63,737 nucleotides of DNA from Octopus bimaculoides (Eukaryota). Position 1 is the first letter of the stretch. The number at the start of each line of letters is the position of its first letter. Below the pieces are notes generated by a model. It had not been told where the DNA came from and did no database searches. It was given only the letters and a program-made list of their open reading frames with translations. The position numbers were made by a program, and so were the translations under genes. Where the stretch lies: positions 1,598,376-1,662,112 of the forward strand of contig NC_068988.1 of NCBI RefSeq assembly GCF_001194135.2, written 5' to 3'. Shown here piece by piece: positions 23,753-36,340 of the stretch.

Positions 23753-24930
23753 GAGAATATACAAATAATAACAACAGACGAGGACAGGTGGTGTAAATAA
23801 CAAAAGTATATATTAGTATGACGCTCGGGAATACGGAAAGTCTTTGACGTTTCGAGCTACGCTCNNNNNNNNNNNNNNNNNNNNNNNNNNNNNNNNNNNN
23901 NNNNNNNNNNNNNNNNNNNNNNNNNNNNNNNNNNNNNNNNNNNNNNNNNNNNNNNNNNNNNNNNNNNNNNNNNNNNNNNNNNNNNNNNNNNNNNNNNNNN
24001 NNNNNNNNNNNNNNNNNNNNNNNNNNNNNNNNNNNNNNNNNNNNNNNNNNNNNNNNNNNNNNNNNNNNNNNNNNNNNNNNNNNNNNNNNNNNNNNNNNNN
24101 NNNNNNNNNNNNNNNNNNNNNNNNNNNNNNNNNNNNNNNNNNNNNNNNNNNNNNNNNNNNNNNNNNNNNNNNNNNNNNNNNNNNNNNNNNNNNNNNNNNN
24201 NNNNNNNNNNNNNNNNNNNNNNNNNNNNNNNNNNNNNNNNNNNNNNNNNNNNNNNNNNNNNNNNNNNNNNNNNNNNNNNNNNNNNNNNNNNNNNNNNNNN
24301 NNNNNNNNNNNNNNNNNNNNNNNNNNNNNNNNNNNNNNNNNNNNNNNNNNNNNNNNNNNNNNNNNNNNNNNNNNNNNNNNNNNNNNNNNNNNNNNNNNNN
24401 NNNNNNNNNNNNNNNNNNNNNNNNNNNNNNNNNNNNNNNNNNNNNNNNNNNNNNNNNNNNNNNNNNNNNNNNNNNNNNNNNNNNNNNNNNNNNNNNNNNN
24501 NNNNNNNNNNNNNNNNNNNNNNNNNNNNNNNNNNNNNNNNNNNNNNNNNNNNNNNNNNNNNNNNNNNNNNNNNNNNNNNNNNNNNNNNNNNNNNNNNNNN
24601 NNNNNNNNNNNNNNNNNNNNNNNNNNNNNNNNNNNNNNNNNNNNNNNNNNNNNNNNNNNNNNNNNNNNNNNNNNNNNNNNNNNNNNNNNNNNNNNNNNNN
24701 NNNNNNNNNNNNNNNNNNNNNNNNNNNNNNNNNNNNNNNNNNNNNNNNNNNNNNNNNNNNNNGATGGGTGGTAGGAGGGAGGGTGTGGGAGAGAGACAGG
24801 AGGAGGGGGTTAGATGAAGAGTGGAGGGGAGTTGAGCCCATGTGGCGCAAAGGAGCGAAGATAGAAGATTAATCCCTGTTCACGGCGCAAACGGGAGTCC
24901 GGATGGCCCCTGTGCATGGACAATCCAAAC
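23750..24930 (-). mobile_element. 3' end of a Penelope-like element (GIY-YIG C-terminus and 3' pLTR), split by an N gap
   Basis: The minus strand of ~24800-24925 reads FGLSMHRGHPDSRLRREQGLIFYLRSFAPHGLNSPPLFI*, matching the E..LIF.L....P.GLN endonuclease terminus of PLEs. On the other side of the gap, GAGC-GTA-GCTC-GAAAC-GTC (23846-23864) is the 3' half of a minimal hammerhead. Confidence 0.75.
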
Positions 24931-25270
24931 ACATATATGTATGTATATTAACTGAAGGTTATCAGTTAGACATTGTATATTCCAATGTACAATTTCAGAA
25001 TTGAAGTGAAACTGGTTTTCAATATGAACTAATGGTATTTTGAATCAATTTGATTGTAATGGTGCATTCTCGGATAATTTAAATAATTACAAAAGATATG
25101 CATTTTGTCTTTTTCTCCTCAGCTTCCTGCTTTGTGTGGGATATATTTTACATACATGATACACAGATGCGTGTGTATATCTGCATATCTTTGAATAGAC
25201 TCCTATGGACACTGTTTGTAAAGAATTAGTTGTCATATTGTGGCAGGATCTACTATATTTAATAGGATCT

Positions 25271-25314
<44 letters not shown>

Positions 25315-26746
25315 AAGACAGACAGTTGTGAGCAACAGAGATAATTCTATAATTCATGTTGTACTGACAGATTATTCTCCTCTTCTGATCAGTACCCTCT
25401 TTTTCCTTTAATCCCTACTTCAGGTCAGCACTGCAATTTTATCTGTGATCAGTATTGATAGGTTATGATTCCTTTCTCTGATATGAAGCTATGGAATGTG
25501 CTACTTGTGGTCAATGCTGTAACAACAACCTAATCTCATTTTCTCAGCCTCTCTATCTATAACTTCAACTGATTTGCTGAAACGCTCCCACTAGCAACAC
25601 CTTGATTTCTTTTTTCTTTAATTGTTAGTTCCGCATTTCAATATCAGACTGGTCTTTCAATTCATCTTTACCACATCCAACCAATCTCCATGTACGCATC
25701 CACTTTGATAGCGTTGCACTAATTTCTTGTAGTATTTTTGTTTTCTAGCTCCAGTCATCACAATTTTAATAGGGTCCTAGCTTGTCACACACAGACAACC
25801 AGGATAAGCACACATACACACACACACACACATTCTCCTATTAAAATAACTCCCATTGAAAGTGATATCTTTTTTTCTCTCCCTTTTAGTCTTGTACTAA
25901 TCCTTGTCACTGACTTCATCTGGGGTTCATTTCTTTACAATTACTAAAGGAACAGTTCCTCAAAAACCTGTCAAAACTATTTTGTCTGAAGAATAAAATG
26001 TATTTAGACAAAAGAGAAAAAAAATACGAAGACTTAAAAAAAACTGAAAAACAACCCTCGAAAGTGGACTTTTTTTTTTCTGAATTCAAAAATTAGTTTT
26101 AAAATAAAAAAAAAAAAGACATTTTAAAATCTCAAATCTAGTTCCTTTGTAATGTATTTATAATTGGATAATTGTACATTAAAATGAAAATAATAATAAT
26201 AATATTAAGAACAACCTGTGGAGGAGTCAACCACCCACTTGTAACGTTAATGCTCTCTGGTCATTGTATAATAAATATATATATATATATGTTTATTTAA
26301 AATGATATTGCTTTGAATATTTCTGTGTTTGTGTGGAAGGGGTCCTTTCAATAACAGCAAACTGAGTCAGGACATATCTTTGGTTTGTGTGATTCTAAGA
26401 TGATGGGAGGCATATCTTTCCTCGAACAGGGCAGCAGTGGCAGAAATGAACCCAACACGGCTGGACATAGAAACCCTTACCAAAAAAGCAAAACAATGCT
26501 GCTGTTGATGGTGAGACAAGTGAGCTGGTTCTAACCATCATTGCTGTTTAACACCAGGCAATCCCCAACCAAGTACACCTATGATTCAAGGTATTCCATC
26601 CATGGCCATCCTACCATATTTTCCAGCATAATGTATCTAGTCTATCAACACTATCCATCATATTTATCCTTCCTTTTCTGAGGTGGTTAGTTGCAATTTG
26701 AAGGAAGTTTGGCTGCTATTTTTATGATTGAGAAATTCTCAAAGGT

Positions 26747-27425
26747 GTAAGCACCCCGAGAGAAAAGTTGGACTTAAGAAGCATCAGATGTGGTGTGCAA
26801 GAGAGATGACTGCGCTGGTATGGTCATGTGTTGCGAATGGATGAGGACAGCTGTGTGAAAAAGTGTCACACCCTAGCACAGTTGAGGGAACCTGTGGAAG
26901 AGGTAGACCCAGGAAGACCTGGGATGAGGGGGTGAAGCACGACCTTCGAACTTTGGCCTCATCGAGGCAATGACAAGTGATCGAGACCTTTGGAGATATG
27001 CTGTGTGTGAGAAGACCTAGCAAACCAAGTGAGACCATAACAGTGGCCTATGCCAGTGTTGTATAACCAGCCCATTTAAGAGTACCTTTCAATCATTGGA
27101 CAATAAACTATGCTTGCAAAGACCTGTTGAGGCATGTGAAATCGTTGTCGTGGCCGATGACAGGACCGCCTGATTGACACCTGTGCCAGAAGAACGTTAA
27201 AAGCACCATTCGAGCGTGGTCACTGCCAGTACCGCCTGACTGGCCCTTGTGCCAGTGGCACATAAAAGCACCCACTACACTCACGGAGTGGTTGGCATTA
27301 GGAAGAGCACCCAGCTGTAGAAACTTTGCCAGACCAGACTGGAGATGCCTTCTGGCTCGCCAGCCCTCAATCAAACCGTCCAACCCATGCCAGTATGGAA
27401 AGTGAACATTAAACAAATGACGATC
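26747..27425 (+). mobile_element. 5'-truncated RTE-clade LINE (ORF C-terminus plus 3' UTR)
   Basis: Reads ...QER*LRWYGHVLRMDEDSCVKKCHTLA/VEGTCGRGRPRKTWDE..., the RLRW.GHV.RM...G.R.RGRP.KTW terminus of RTE ORFs, with a stop and a frameshift. The 3' UTR ends in the CCAACCCATGCCAG...GAT tail seen many times in the window. Confidence 0.85.
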
Positions 27426-27679
27426 TTGCCATGATGGTATTTTCCAGCATATTGTATCTCCTGTGTATTCTTTCTCTTCTTGGATGGTTGGGTAATGATT
27501 TAAGGGAGACTGGGCTGCTAATATTTTATAAGAAAATGCTTTAATTATAAGATTTTTAAAAAATTCAAAAGAAAAAAAAACATTGAAGTACATTTGAGTA
27601 TTGATATTTGAAAAACTATTTAGGACACTTAAATAGGAGTTGGCCTTAAATATTGAAACAGGTGCGTTTAGTTGTGACT

Positions 27680-28530
27680 TGGTTGTGATGATAATGGTTT
27701 CAAATTCTGGCACAAGGCCAGCAATTTTGAGGGAGGGGAAACGCAATGACATCAACCCCAGTGCTTAACTGGCACTTATTTTTATCGACCCTCAAAAGGA
27801 TGAAAGACAAAGTCAACTATGGCAGAATTTGAACTCAGAACGTAAAGACATAGGCAATGCCACTAAGCATTTCGTCCAGCATGCTAACGACTCTGCCAGC
27901 TCACCGCCTTAATAATAATAATCCGTTCTACTCTAGGAATAAGGCTTGACATTTTGACGGAGGGAACCAGTCGATTAGATCGACCCAGTATGCAACTGGT
28001 ACTTAATTTATCGACCCCCATAAGAATAAAAGGCAAAGTCAACCTCAGCAGGATTTGAACTCAGAACGTAAAGACAGACGAAATACCGCCAAGCATTTCG
28101 CCCAGGGTGCTAACCACTCTGCCAGATCATTGCCATTGTCATCATTGTTGTTTAACGTCTGCTTTCCATGCTGGCATGGGTTGGACGGTTTGACTGGGAC
28201 TGGCAAGTTAGAAAGCTGTACCAGGCTCCAATCTGATCTGGCAGAGTTTCTACAGCTGGATGTCCTTCCTAATGCCAAACACTCTGAGAGTGTAGTGGGT
28301 GCTTTTATGTGGCACCGGCACGAGGGCCAGACTGGCATCAACCATGCTTGAATGATGCTTTGAAATTTTGGTGGGAGGGGACTAGTCGATTACATCAACC
28401 CCAGTGTTTCACTGGTACTTAATTTATTGACCCCAAAAAAAGATAAAAGGAATCTGAACCCAGGATGTAAAGACAGGCAAAATACCGCTAAGCATTTCGT
28501 CCAGTGTGCTAATGATTCTGCCAGCTGAGT
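27680..28530 (-). mobile_element. Cluster of three minus-strand SINE family B copies plus an RTE-tail fragment (28135-28350)
   Basis: Reverse-complement family B units at about 27680-27910, 27930-28130 and 28355-28530. Other copies at about 29375-29580, 32500-32690 (-), 47700-48030, 61560-61990 and 62250-62380 (-). Confidence 0.75.
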
Positions 28531-28759
28531 TTTTAACGATAACAATAACGAGCTTATTGTATACAGTGCTCAGATACACTAGAACAGATTGTAGAGTAAA
28601 AGAGTGGGGGAGGGAAAGCAGCAATAAAGAGAGAGAGAGAGAGAGAGCAATGCTGGCCAAAGGAGATGCTCAGAAGAGGGGGAGAGGCTGGCATAGGTGC
28701 ATCAGGGGTTTTACTGAATTTCAGAAAGTATGGAATTTTTTAAGGATATCAGTGAGACT

Positions 28760-29095
28760 GACATGTTCTTTTATCTTTCACTGGTTTCAGTCATTGGATC
28801 GTGGCCATGCTGGAGCACTGCTTTGAAAGGTTTAGCTGAACAAACCAAGCCCAGTATTGGTCTCTTTTATTGAATTTCTAAGGTGACAGAAACAAACCAA
28901 CACCAGCTGTCAAGCAGTGGGGGGAGAATCACACTACAGGTCCCACACAGTTTTCTGTCAACCAAATTCAGTCACAAGGATTTGATCATCTCAGGACTAT
29001 TGCAAAAACACTTGCCCAACGTACTGCACAGTGGGACTGAACCTGAAACCGTGTGGTTGCAAAGCCAGCTTCTTAACCCACACAGCTATGCCTGT
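28760..29095 (-). mobile_element. SINE family A copy
   Basis: Reverse-complement head at ~28990-29095 and 3' module at ~28770-28900. Confidence 0.7.
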
Positions 29096-30102
29096 TGCCT
29101 ATAAGAATAACATTTTGACAAATGACAGTTGTCTGTTATTCTGTTGAGTCTACATCTTTTCTCTGTTACAAATATGTTAGAGACCAAAAAGGTATCGTTA
29201 TAGACACCTTACACAATGTTTTGGGCGGTTTATCTGTTTATCCGAGATTTTGTAAATGAAAAAAAATTTGATAGCGGAAGGNNNNNNNNNNCTATTAATT
29301 CCTATTTAAATCTCTCACAAACAAGAAAACAGATTTGGATAACAGTCTTTTCTATTATTATTATTATCCTCTAAGGTGATGACGTTAGCATGCCAGGTGA
29401 AATGCTTAGCGGTATTTCATCTGTCTTACGCTCTGATTTCAAATTCCACTGAAGTCAGCTTTGCCTTTCATCCTTTTGGGGGTCGGTAAAATACCAGTCA
29501 AACACTGGGGCGGGGGGGGGGCAGCGTAATCGACTCACCCCCTTCCCAAAATTGCTGCCCTTGTGGCAAAATTTGAAACCATTATTATTATTATTATTAG
29601 TTTGTCCGTCAACAATAACCAAGGACATCACATGGGAAAAGACAACAGGGCATGGTATGTCCAGCTGTGGTCAATTAGTTCAATGCATGTTTGGAGGGCT
29701 CTGCTGCCAGTCAAGCACACTGGTGGTCTGCTGGAACCGAGGGGAAGCAGTTGGCACCAGACTTACATAATTTCCTTTCAGCCCTTGCACTCCTGTTCTG
29801 TTCATAGGAGATGGCATCACTTCACCAGGCAGGGCTCTCTTGTGCTTGCATTTCCCAGGATCACAGTTAATTCTTAATTAAAACCCTGGTTAAGTTTTAA
29901 ATAACATGTCTATTCATTCTCAACAACAAACATTCTGATGCATTCAAACGTAAATATCTGATCGTGGTCGTAGTTTCCTTTTGCCATGGCAAACATCCCA
30001 ACAATGATCAGAACAAGTGTTCTGCATACGCCTCATGGATTATTTTCTGTTTGGGGCAGACGTCAGCAAATTATTTCTGTTGGTTTCTGTAAACAACACT
30101 CA

Positions 30103-30455
30103 AGCATGGCTGGGTGGTAAGAAGTTGGCTTCCCAACTACATCGTTCCAATTCAGTCCCACTGTGTGGCACCTTGAGCAAGTATCTTCTACTAGAGCCCC
30201 AAGCAGACCAAAGCTTCGAATGGGTTTGATAGATGGAAATTGAAAGAAGCCCATCATGGGTCTGTACCTACCACCATTGCTTGCTAACCAATACAGGTGT
30301 GTTTACATCCCTGTAACTTAGCAGTTTGGCAAGAGAAGGACAATAAGTACTGGGCTTTAAAAAACAATTAAACTACTAGGGTCAATTTGTTTGATTAAAA
30401 TTCTTCAAAGCAGTGCCCCAGCATGGCCACAGTCCAATGACTGGAAGCAAGTAAA
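30103..30455 (+). mobile_element. SINE family A copy
   Basis: Same modules as the other copies. Confidence 0.8.
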
Positions 30456-31039
30456 AGACAAACAAGCCAGTACTCTTGGTCTGGTGGGGGGGGGGTAGCN
30501 NNNNNNNNNACTCTTGGTCTGGTGGGGGGGGGGTAGCTTTCAGTGAGGAGACTTGCAATAAAGTTGCAATAATGGAGTGTAACAAAGTCCCCTGACACCA
30601 GTGGGTTGTATGGGCCATGAATACATATTGTCTAAACCAGGGGTTCCCAACTGGGGTCCACAAATAAAAAAAATTGTAATTTGTGGGTCCATATATACAT
30701 TTTGTTTCCTAGGAGAGAGGTAGCTGTATTTATTGAAATATTTCAAGAATTGTATTTAGAATTTTTGTTATGAATATAACAAAATTGGTTCATTGTTAGT
30801 TTTTACTAACCTAAAAACAAAAGCGACTGACACAGATAGAAGCTGGTCAGGTTCCTGTATTTAACTTCCTCCCCATTATGGGATTGCAGTCAATGCAGCA
30901 AGGTTGGAGACGGTGAATGTATCACAGCATTTACAAACTCTCATAGGAAGAGGGTTATTCCGTTTTGTTTGAGGTTTTATACTTTTTCAAGTTATTTTCT
31001 AAAAAAAACAACAAACAAACAGAAAACAATTGTCACAAG

Positions 31040-31515
31040 TGCAGGTGTGGCAAGAAGTTTCCTTCTCAGCCACAGGGTTCCGGGCTCAGTCCCACTGCGT
31101 GGCTCACCTTTGGCATGTGTCTTCTACTATAGCCTTAGGCTAAACAAAGCCTTGTCAGTGAATTTGCTAAACGGAAACTGTAAGAAGCCTGTCGGGTATT
31201 CGTTCCCAGCAAGTTGTTTTACACCTGTTAGAATATTTTCTTTTTTCTTTTCCCACCGGGTCAAACGCTTTAGTTTGACCTATGTGTATATATATATATA
31301 TATATTTATATATGTGTGTGTGTTTGTGTGTGTCCCCCATCATCACTTGACAACTGGTATTGGTATGTTATGTCCCCGTAACTTAGAGATTCGGCAAATG
31401 AGACCGATAGAATAAGTACCAGGCTTTAAAAAATACTGAGGTCGATTCATTTGACTAAAAAATTTTCCAAGGTCGCGCCCCAGCATGGCCACAGTCCAGT
31501 GACTGAAACTAGTAA
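31040..31515 (+). mobile_element. SINE family A copy with an internal insertion
   Basis: Head, extra ~80 nt, (TA)(TG)n, then 3' module. Confidence 0.8.
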
Positions 31516-31899
31516 AATGTCTAGACGTCGCCTCTCCCTCCTTTCTTAGAATTGAAATACATTGTGCAGGGGAAGTAACTCTAGTTTCTTTTTTTTGCCA
31601 ACGCCGTTCTTAACGCCTTTGTTTTCGTTAGTAACATCGGACAAAATGCTTTGCTGCATTTCTACCGGCACTTGGCGTTCTGAGTTTAATACGGCCGCGG
31701 TCAACTTTGCCCTTCAACGTTCAGGTTCGATGTAACCAGTTAATCCCCTCCCCGTTAAATGTATTTGCTTTGTGTGCACCCACCGACTTCGTTACCTTTA
31801 AACTTTCTATAAGAAAAAAAAAAGATATATCTTGAACTTTTCTCAAATTACGATTCAGATGGTGGAGATTACAATTATACTGAAATATATAGTATACAT

Positions 31900-32338
31900 T
31901 TTTTTTCAGGGGGTGTGAAGTGTATGAAAGGAGTTTCGTATAATTCACACATTTGTTTCCTCATTCTTAATTGTTGACGTTACAATTACGTTTGTGAAAA
32001 AAAAGAATTATTTTCGAGGACTATTCTACCTATTTCTTTCTAGAATTTGTTCAATGAACATTTTTTGGCCTTCTTTCACGCACACGATTCGCTTATGGCT
32101 GTTTGCCGTAATCCGCAGAGAATGACGCTTTGTGTCGGGAAATCAGCTGACATAAGTTTGACACTTGCAATACTTAAAACGAAAGACTACCAAAAATATT
32201 CGTTTAACAAATTCCGAAGGGAAAGAGTGGAGTAGTCCTCAAAAATAATCGTAATCTACAACAATGAAAATTACGAGGAAACAAAGAGGAGATGTATGAA
32301 TTATTCGAATTTCCTTTCACCTCCTCTTCTGAAAAAAA
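31900..32338. mobile_element. Old MITE with ~55-60 bp degenerate TIRs
   Basis: TTTTTTCAG...TGAAAGGAGTTTCGTATAATTCACACAT..TTGTTTCCTC at the left end matches the reverse complement of 32276-32338; a further partial copy lies near 32845-32875. Confidence 0.45.
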
Positions 32339-34299
32339 CTTTTCACCACTCATTACGTTATAATTGTAATCACCACCATCTGAAACGTAGTTGTAGAAAA
32401 TTTCATTAAAAAATATGTATGCCTTGTCTTGGATTTGAACTTCTTAACCATGCAACCGCACCTGGCCTTTGAACTTCCGGGATTCTTCATCCCTATTCTA
32501 GGTACAAGGCCTGAAATTTGGGGGGAGGGGGTCCAGTCGATTCGATCGACCTCAGTACGCAACTAGTACTTAATTTATTGACCCCAAAAGAATGAAAGGT
32601 AAAGTCAATCTCGGCGGAATTTGAACTCAGAACATAAAGACAGACAAAAGACCGCCAAGCATTTCGCCCGGTTTCTGTCAGCTCGCCGCTATTTGAACTT
32701 TCAGGTTCGAAATAATTGGCGTAAACTACGAATGTGTGTGCCATGATACCAACGACAACTTTCTGAAAAAATGCTTATGTTTTTAATGAAATATTCCAGA
32801 GATACATTTTAGATGAGGTTACATAGTTGTAAAGATGTTTACGGATAATTCACACACCTCGATTTGTTTCCTCGCAGCTTTTTCAAAAAGGTATTTCTAT
32901 AAAATGGCGTTGGTTTTATTGCGCAAAATACATGGGAAATTACATGTCGGAAAACTGTGGCAGGACACCGTGTTCCATGAATAATGTAATGGCAGTATTA
33001 TCTTTACCGTGGAAACGGAGAACTCCTTCATAAAGAGTGATATTGCAGCAGTTGCATAGAGCCATGGGTGTTAGAGCATAATTAGGATTTTGTGTCTGTG
33101 CGCGCACGTGAGTGAGAGAGAAGGGGGGGGAGTGAGTGAATGAAAGTGATGATGGATGTCTTTTAAGGTACGCACTCATATAGAAAATGGTCGTCGTATA
33201 AAATGTTTACGATAGATCACTTATGGAAAAGATTATAGTTTTAAATTTTTGTAATTCAAATATGTCAATGAGAATAAAGTTTAGTAGTGGAAATAGTATA
33301 GAAAAGCGACAACTCGGTTTGGGAATGCATAAGGAACATAAGCACCCTGAAAAACTCCAAAATTGATGCACACACCCCTCCCAAATCAGCAATAAACGGT
33401 GCGCGAATGCAACAATCTCCACAGTTCACAGAAAATGAACGGCTAAAACAAGCGAAGTACACGTCGGTATTGCTTTTTCGCCTTCAAGGTAAGCGATTCT
33501 CATAGAAGCAAACACGATATACTAAAATCTTTAACATACTTCCAAAATGGGACTTCATCTATGTTTAGATGTGTGTGTCTTAACCATCCCATCAGCAACA
33601 ACCATCATCATCTTCACAAGAAGCAACTGTTGCTACGCTTCTAAAATTGTGCATGTGCGTGTGTGGGTTCTTTTGCAAGATAAATTAATTTTGGCGTCAA
33701 GGACTGAACCTATTGTCTCATTATCACAATTAAAAATAAATTCGAAGGATTAACATCGCACAAGTTCATACATTATTTCTTTAGGCTCTAATTGAAATCA
33801 AGAAGCTACCTCAACCATCCCATCAGCAACAATCATCTTCTTCTTCACAATATTTGTACCCTTTAAAAAGCATCTGTTGCTATTTTACATTGTGTACACC
33901 CAGATTGGAACTTTTACTGTACCTTGCACCAGAGAACATTATAAATTATCTGAAGACAAAACATAATGCCAATGAAAAATGTGTGCTTGCACACATTCAA
34001 TGCATTTTCAAAATTCTAGTCGTTCTTTTGACGGGTTTGTCAATAGAAGGTGCGCTAAATGTTAAAAAAAAAAACTCCATCAGGAAAGGTACATTTACAG
34101 AAAACTCTAAGCTGCCATTATAATGTAATTTTTCATTTTGTGTTTGATTTTATTTTCGAATTGCTTGTGACGATATCTGCAAGAATGAATTGCATTGATA
34201 TAAAAATTGTCTGTTAATTGTATTACCTCCATATAAGCATAATTTATAATTATGGTTGTAATACAATTGTTCTGGGTCAGCAAAATGACCGACAAACAT

Positions 34300-34800
34300 T
34301 CTGTACGTGATCACTTGGCGAAAGAGCTTCTACGTCAGCCATGGACAAACCGCAGGCCTACGGCATTTTCGGAATAGCACAACCTCGCGAAAAGTTATGA
34401 CTTTTTTTTTTCTTTTGTAGTGCGGCCCGTTTCTCGAAGCAGAAGGTTACCTATGCCTGCCCTACGTGGTTGCTTATTTACTTAAATTAGCAGCCAAGAC
34501 CTTAAACCTCATCAGACTCACTGGTCATACTGGATCTGTTGGTAGGAAAGTCTAAAAGACAAAATGTCTCTTACCTTTAAATAAGGAAACGACTTCGAAA
34601 GGAATTCTTCAGTCTCCCAGCCATGTACTCTCCCTAAATCGCTGGCGAGACGTTAAAATACTTAGTAACTCCATCAACACGACTATCTGCCAAAAGCCAA
34701 CTTAATCAGAGAAAGGTCTTTTAAATCTCCCGCTTCCTGACGTCACTTTGCCTTCTCACTTCCGGTACATCATCCAATAAAATTCAAGTACGAAATAACA
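34300..34800 (+). promoter_or_regulatory. Candidate CpG-rich promoter or enhancer
   Basis: Non-repetitive CpG-rich stretch with GCTTCC-TGACGTCA (CRE at 34738-45 with an adjacent ETS-like core), ACTTCCGG (34758-65) and CCAAT (34774-78). Motif evidence only. Confidence 0.35.
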
Positions 34801-35269
34801 TCTTGACTTTACCACCACGTGTATATTTCCCCCTCTTTCCTTTCTTTTCATTCCTATTTTTTAATGTTTATTTTTATTTTAAATAAAAATCTGCCGTCTT
34901 GTCTTTTTTCTCATTTTTTTCCCCCTAAATTTTTACTGTAATTCACAGAAGTTAATTTTTCTGTGAACCGAATCAGCGGTTCCAGTTCGTAGTTAAAAAA
35001 AAAAAAAACTTTTTTTTTTCACTGCTTCTATTACGTTTCTACTGTCTTTGGGACAATCCCCCAACTACACATATACCAATCTGAAAATGCACAATTGAAA
35101 GAAAGAAATATTTAAACATTAGCGAGTGTGCTAGAGCCAGAGGTGAACCTTCGTCGGATCGCGTCTCGAAGACGCTTCTATAACCAGTTGAAACTAATAC
35201 ACTCGATTTTTAACAATGATAATTCAAAATGTTAGCGGTGTTACTACTACCTGTTTTTCATCCTCTAGA

Positions 35270-35508
35270 ACATTGGGTTTAGACAATAAGGACTTATTTA
35301 GATTAGGAGGTCATTTTTGGCCCGAACACATAAGCAATATGGAGTTATGGCAAAGAACGAATCAAGTTTCCATTAGGAAGCAAATATTTAAGAAAAAGTG
35401 GAAGTGGATTGGTAGCACAATTAGAAAGGACATACCAAATGTAGTGAAAAGTGCTTTACAGTGGAATCCGGATGGATATAGAAAAAGGGGTAGGCCTAAG
35501 AACTCGTG
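35270..35508 (+). mobile_element. RTE-clade LINE ORF C-terminal fragment (a second family)
   Basis: FWPEHISNMELWQRTNQ...KWKWIGSTIRK...ALQWNPDGYRKRGRPKNS is typical of RTE ORF ends; it abuts the Penelope fragment. Confidence 0.8.
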
Positions 35509-35511
35509 TTA

Positions 35512-36340
35512 AGGAGAAAGTGTTGTGGACCACAACACCTTCCGATGGTCTTTTCTTTTGGAGGGATTATAACCTGGCATGTAATTAATCCTATCCTTAA
35601 ATCCACTGGGAGCTAGTGCATATGGGGCAATGGCATCGACAATTTCTTTACCTGAAAATAGGTCGGAGATTTTTCTGGCTTCCTTTACCAGGTTCCTGAA
35701 CACTAAGGTCGGATAGGATGTATATCAGCCTCTCGTTCAGGTTGTTAAAAGGCCTATGGAATCGGATTCCAAGTCCAAAGCCACGTCAAGGAAATCCTCC
35801 GTCTCCAGGTTGGCTTTTATTGTGACCTTCGGGTCCTGTTGGCGAGGCTCTTCCTCAGCCTATCGAGTGCATAGCCGTTCGCTCTTCTCGATATTTCCAA
35901 ATCATTATCTTTGTAGTGGCCAAAGGTAATAAATGTGAAATTCGAAACGAAAAAAAGAAAACCAAGGTTACACACCAGCATTGACGAATACGCCGATCGC
36001 TACGTCAAAGAAGCCTTCTGGGTAAGTTCTGGTAAGTAGAGTTCTTCTGGTGCGTATAGTCCTCGTCTCTAATCACCGTGTAGGTCCTAGGGAAACCCAG
36101 TGACTTATACAGAAGCTTCCTCGACGTAGAAGGGTAAAAATCTACCATATCAAAATGTGTGAACCTTGCTCTACTCCTACCGCTAATGGCTTTGAAGCCT
36201 GTTATGACTCTGCTGGTATGTAGCACCAGAGGGCGAGGCCTTCCTAAAGTCGCTATTGATCCTTCTGATCAGCTGCTTGTTCACCTCCATTGACAGAGAG
36301 CAGTCACCAGTTTTCCATACCTGCAAGCTCTGAAGAGCAC
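35512..36340 (-). mobile_element. Degraded Penelope-like element reverse transcriptase fragment
   Basis: Minus-strand peptides FDMVDFYPSTSRKLL, KVTIKANLETEDFLDVALDL...RLIYI and RKVLWS... match PLE RT motifs; multiple stops and frameshifts. Confidence 0.8.

Noticed and set aside
30471-30537. Exact 28-nt direct repeat around a 10-N spacer
   Set aside because: Scaffolding artefact at a G homopolymer; similar 10-N joins occur at about 18622, 29282, 40328, 42926 and 53064.
33585-33885. Short direct repeat CCATCCCATCAGCAACAA…CTTCACAA spaced ~230 nt apart
   Set aside because: Two diverged low-complexity copies only; likely an old local duplication with no evidence of function.
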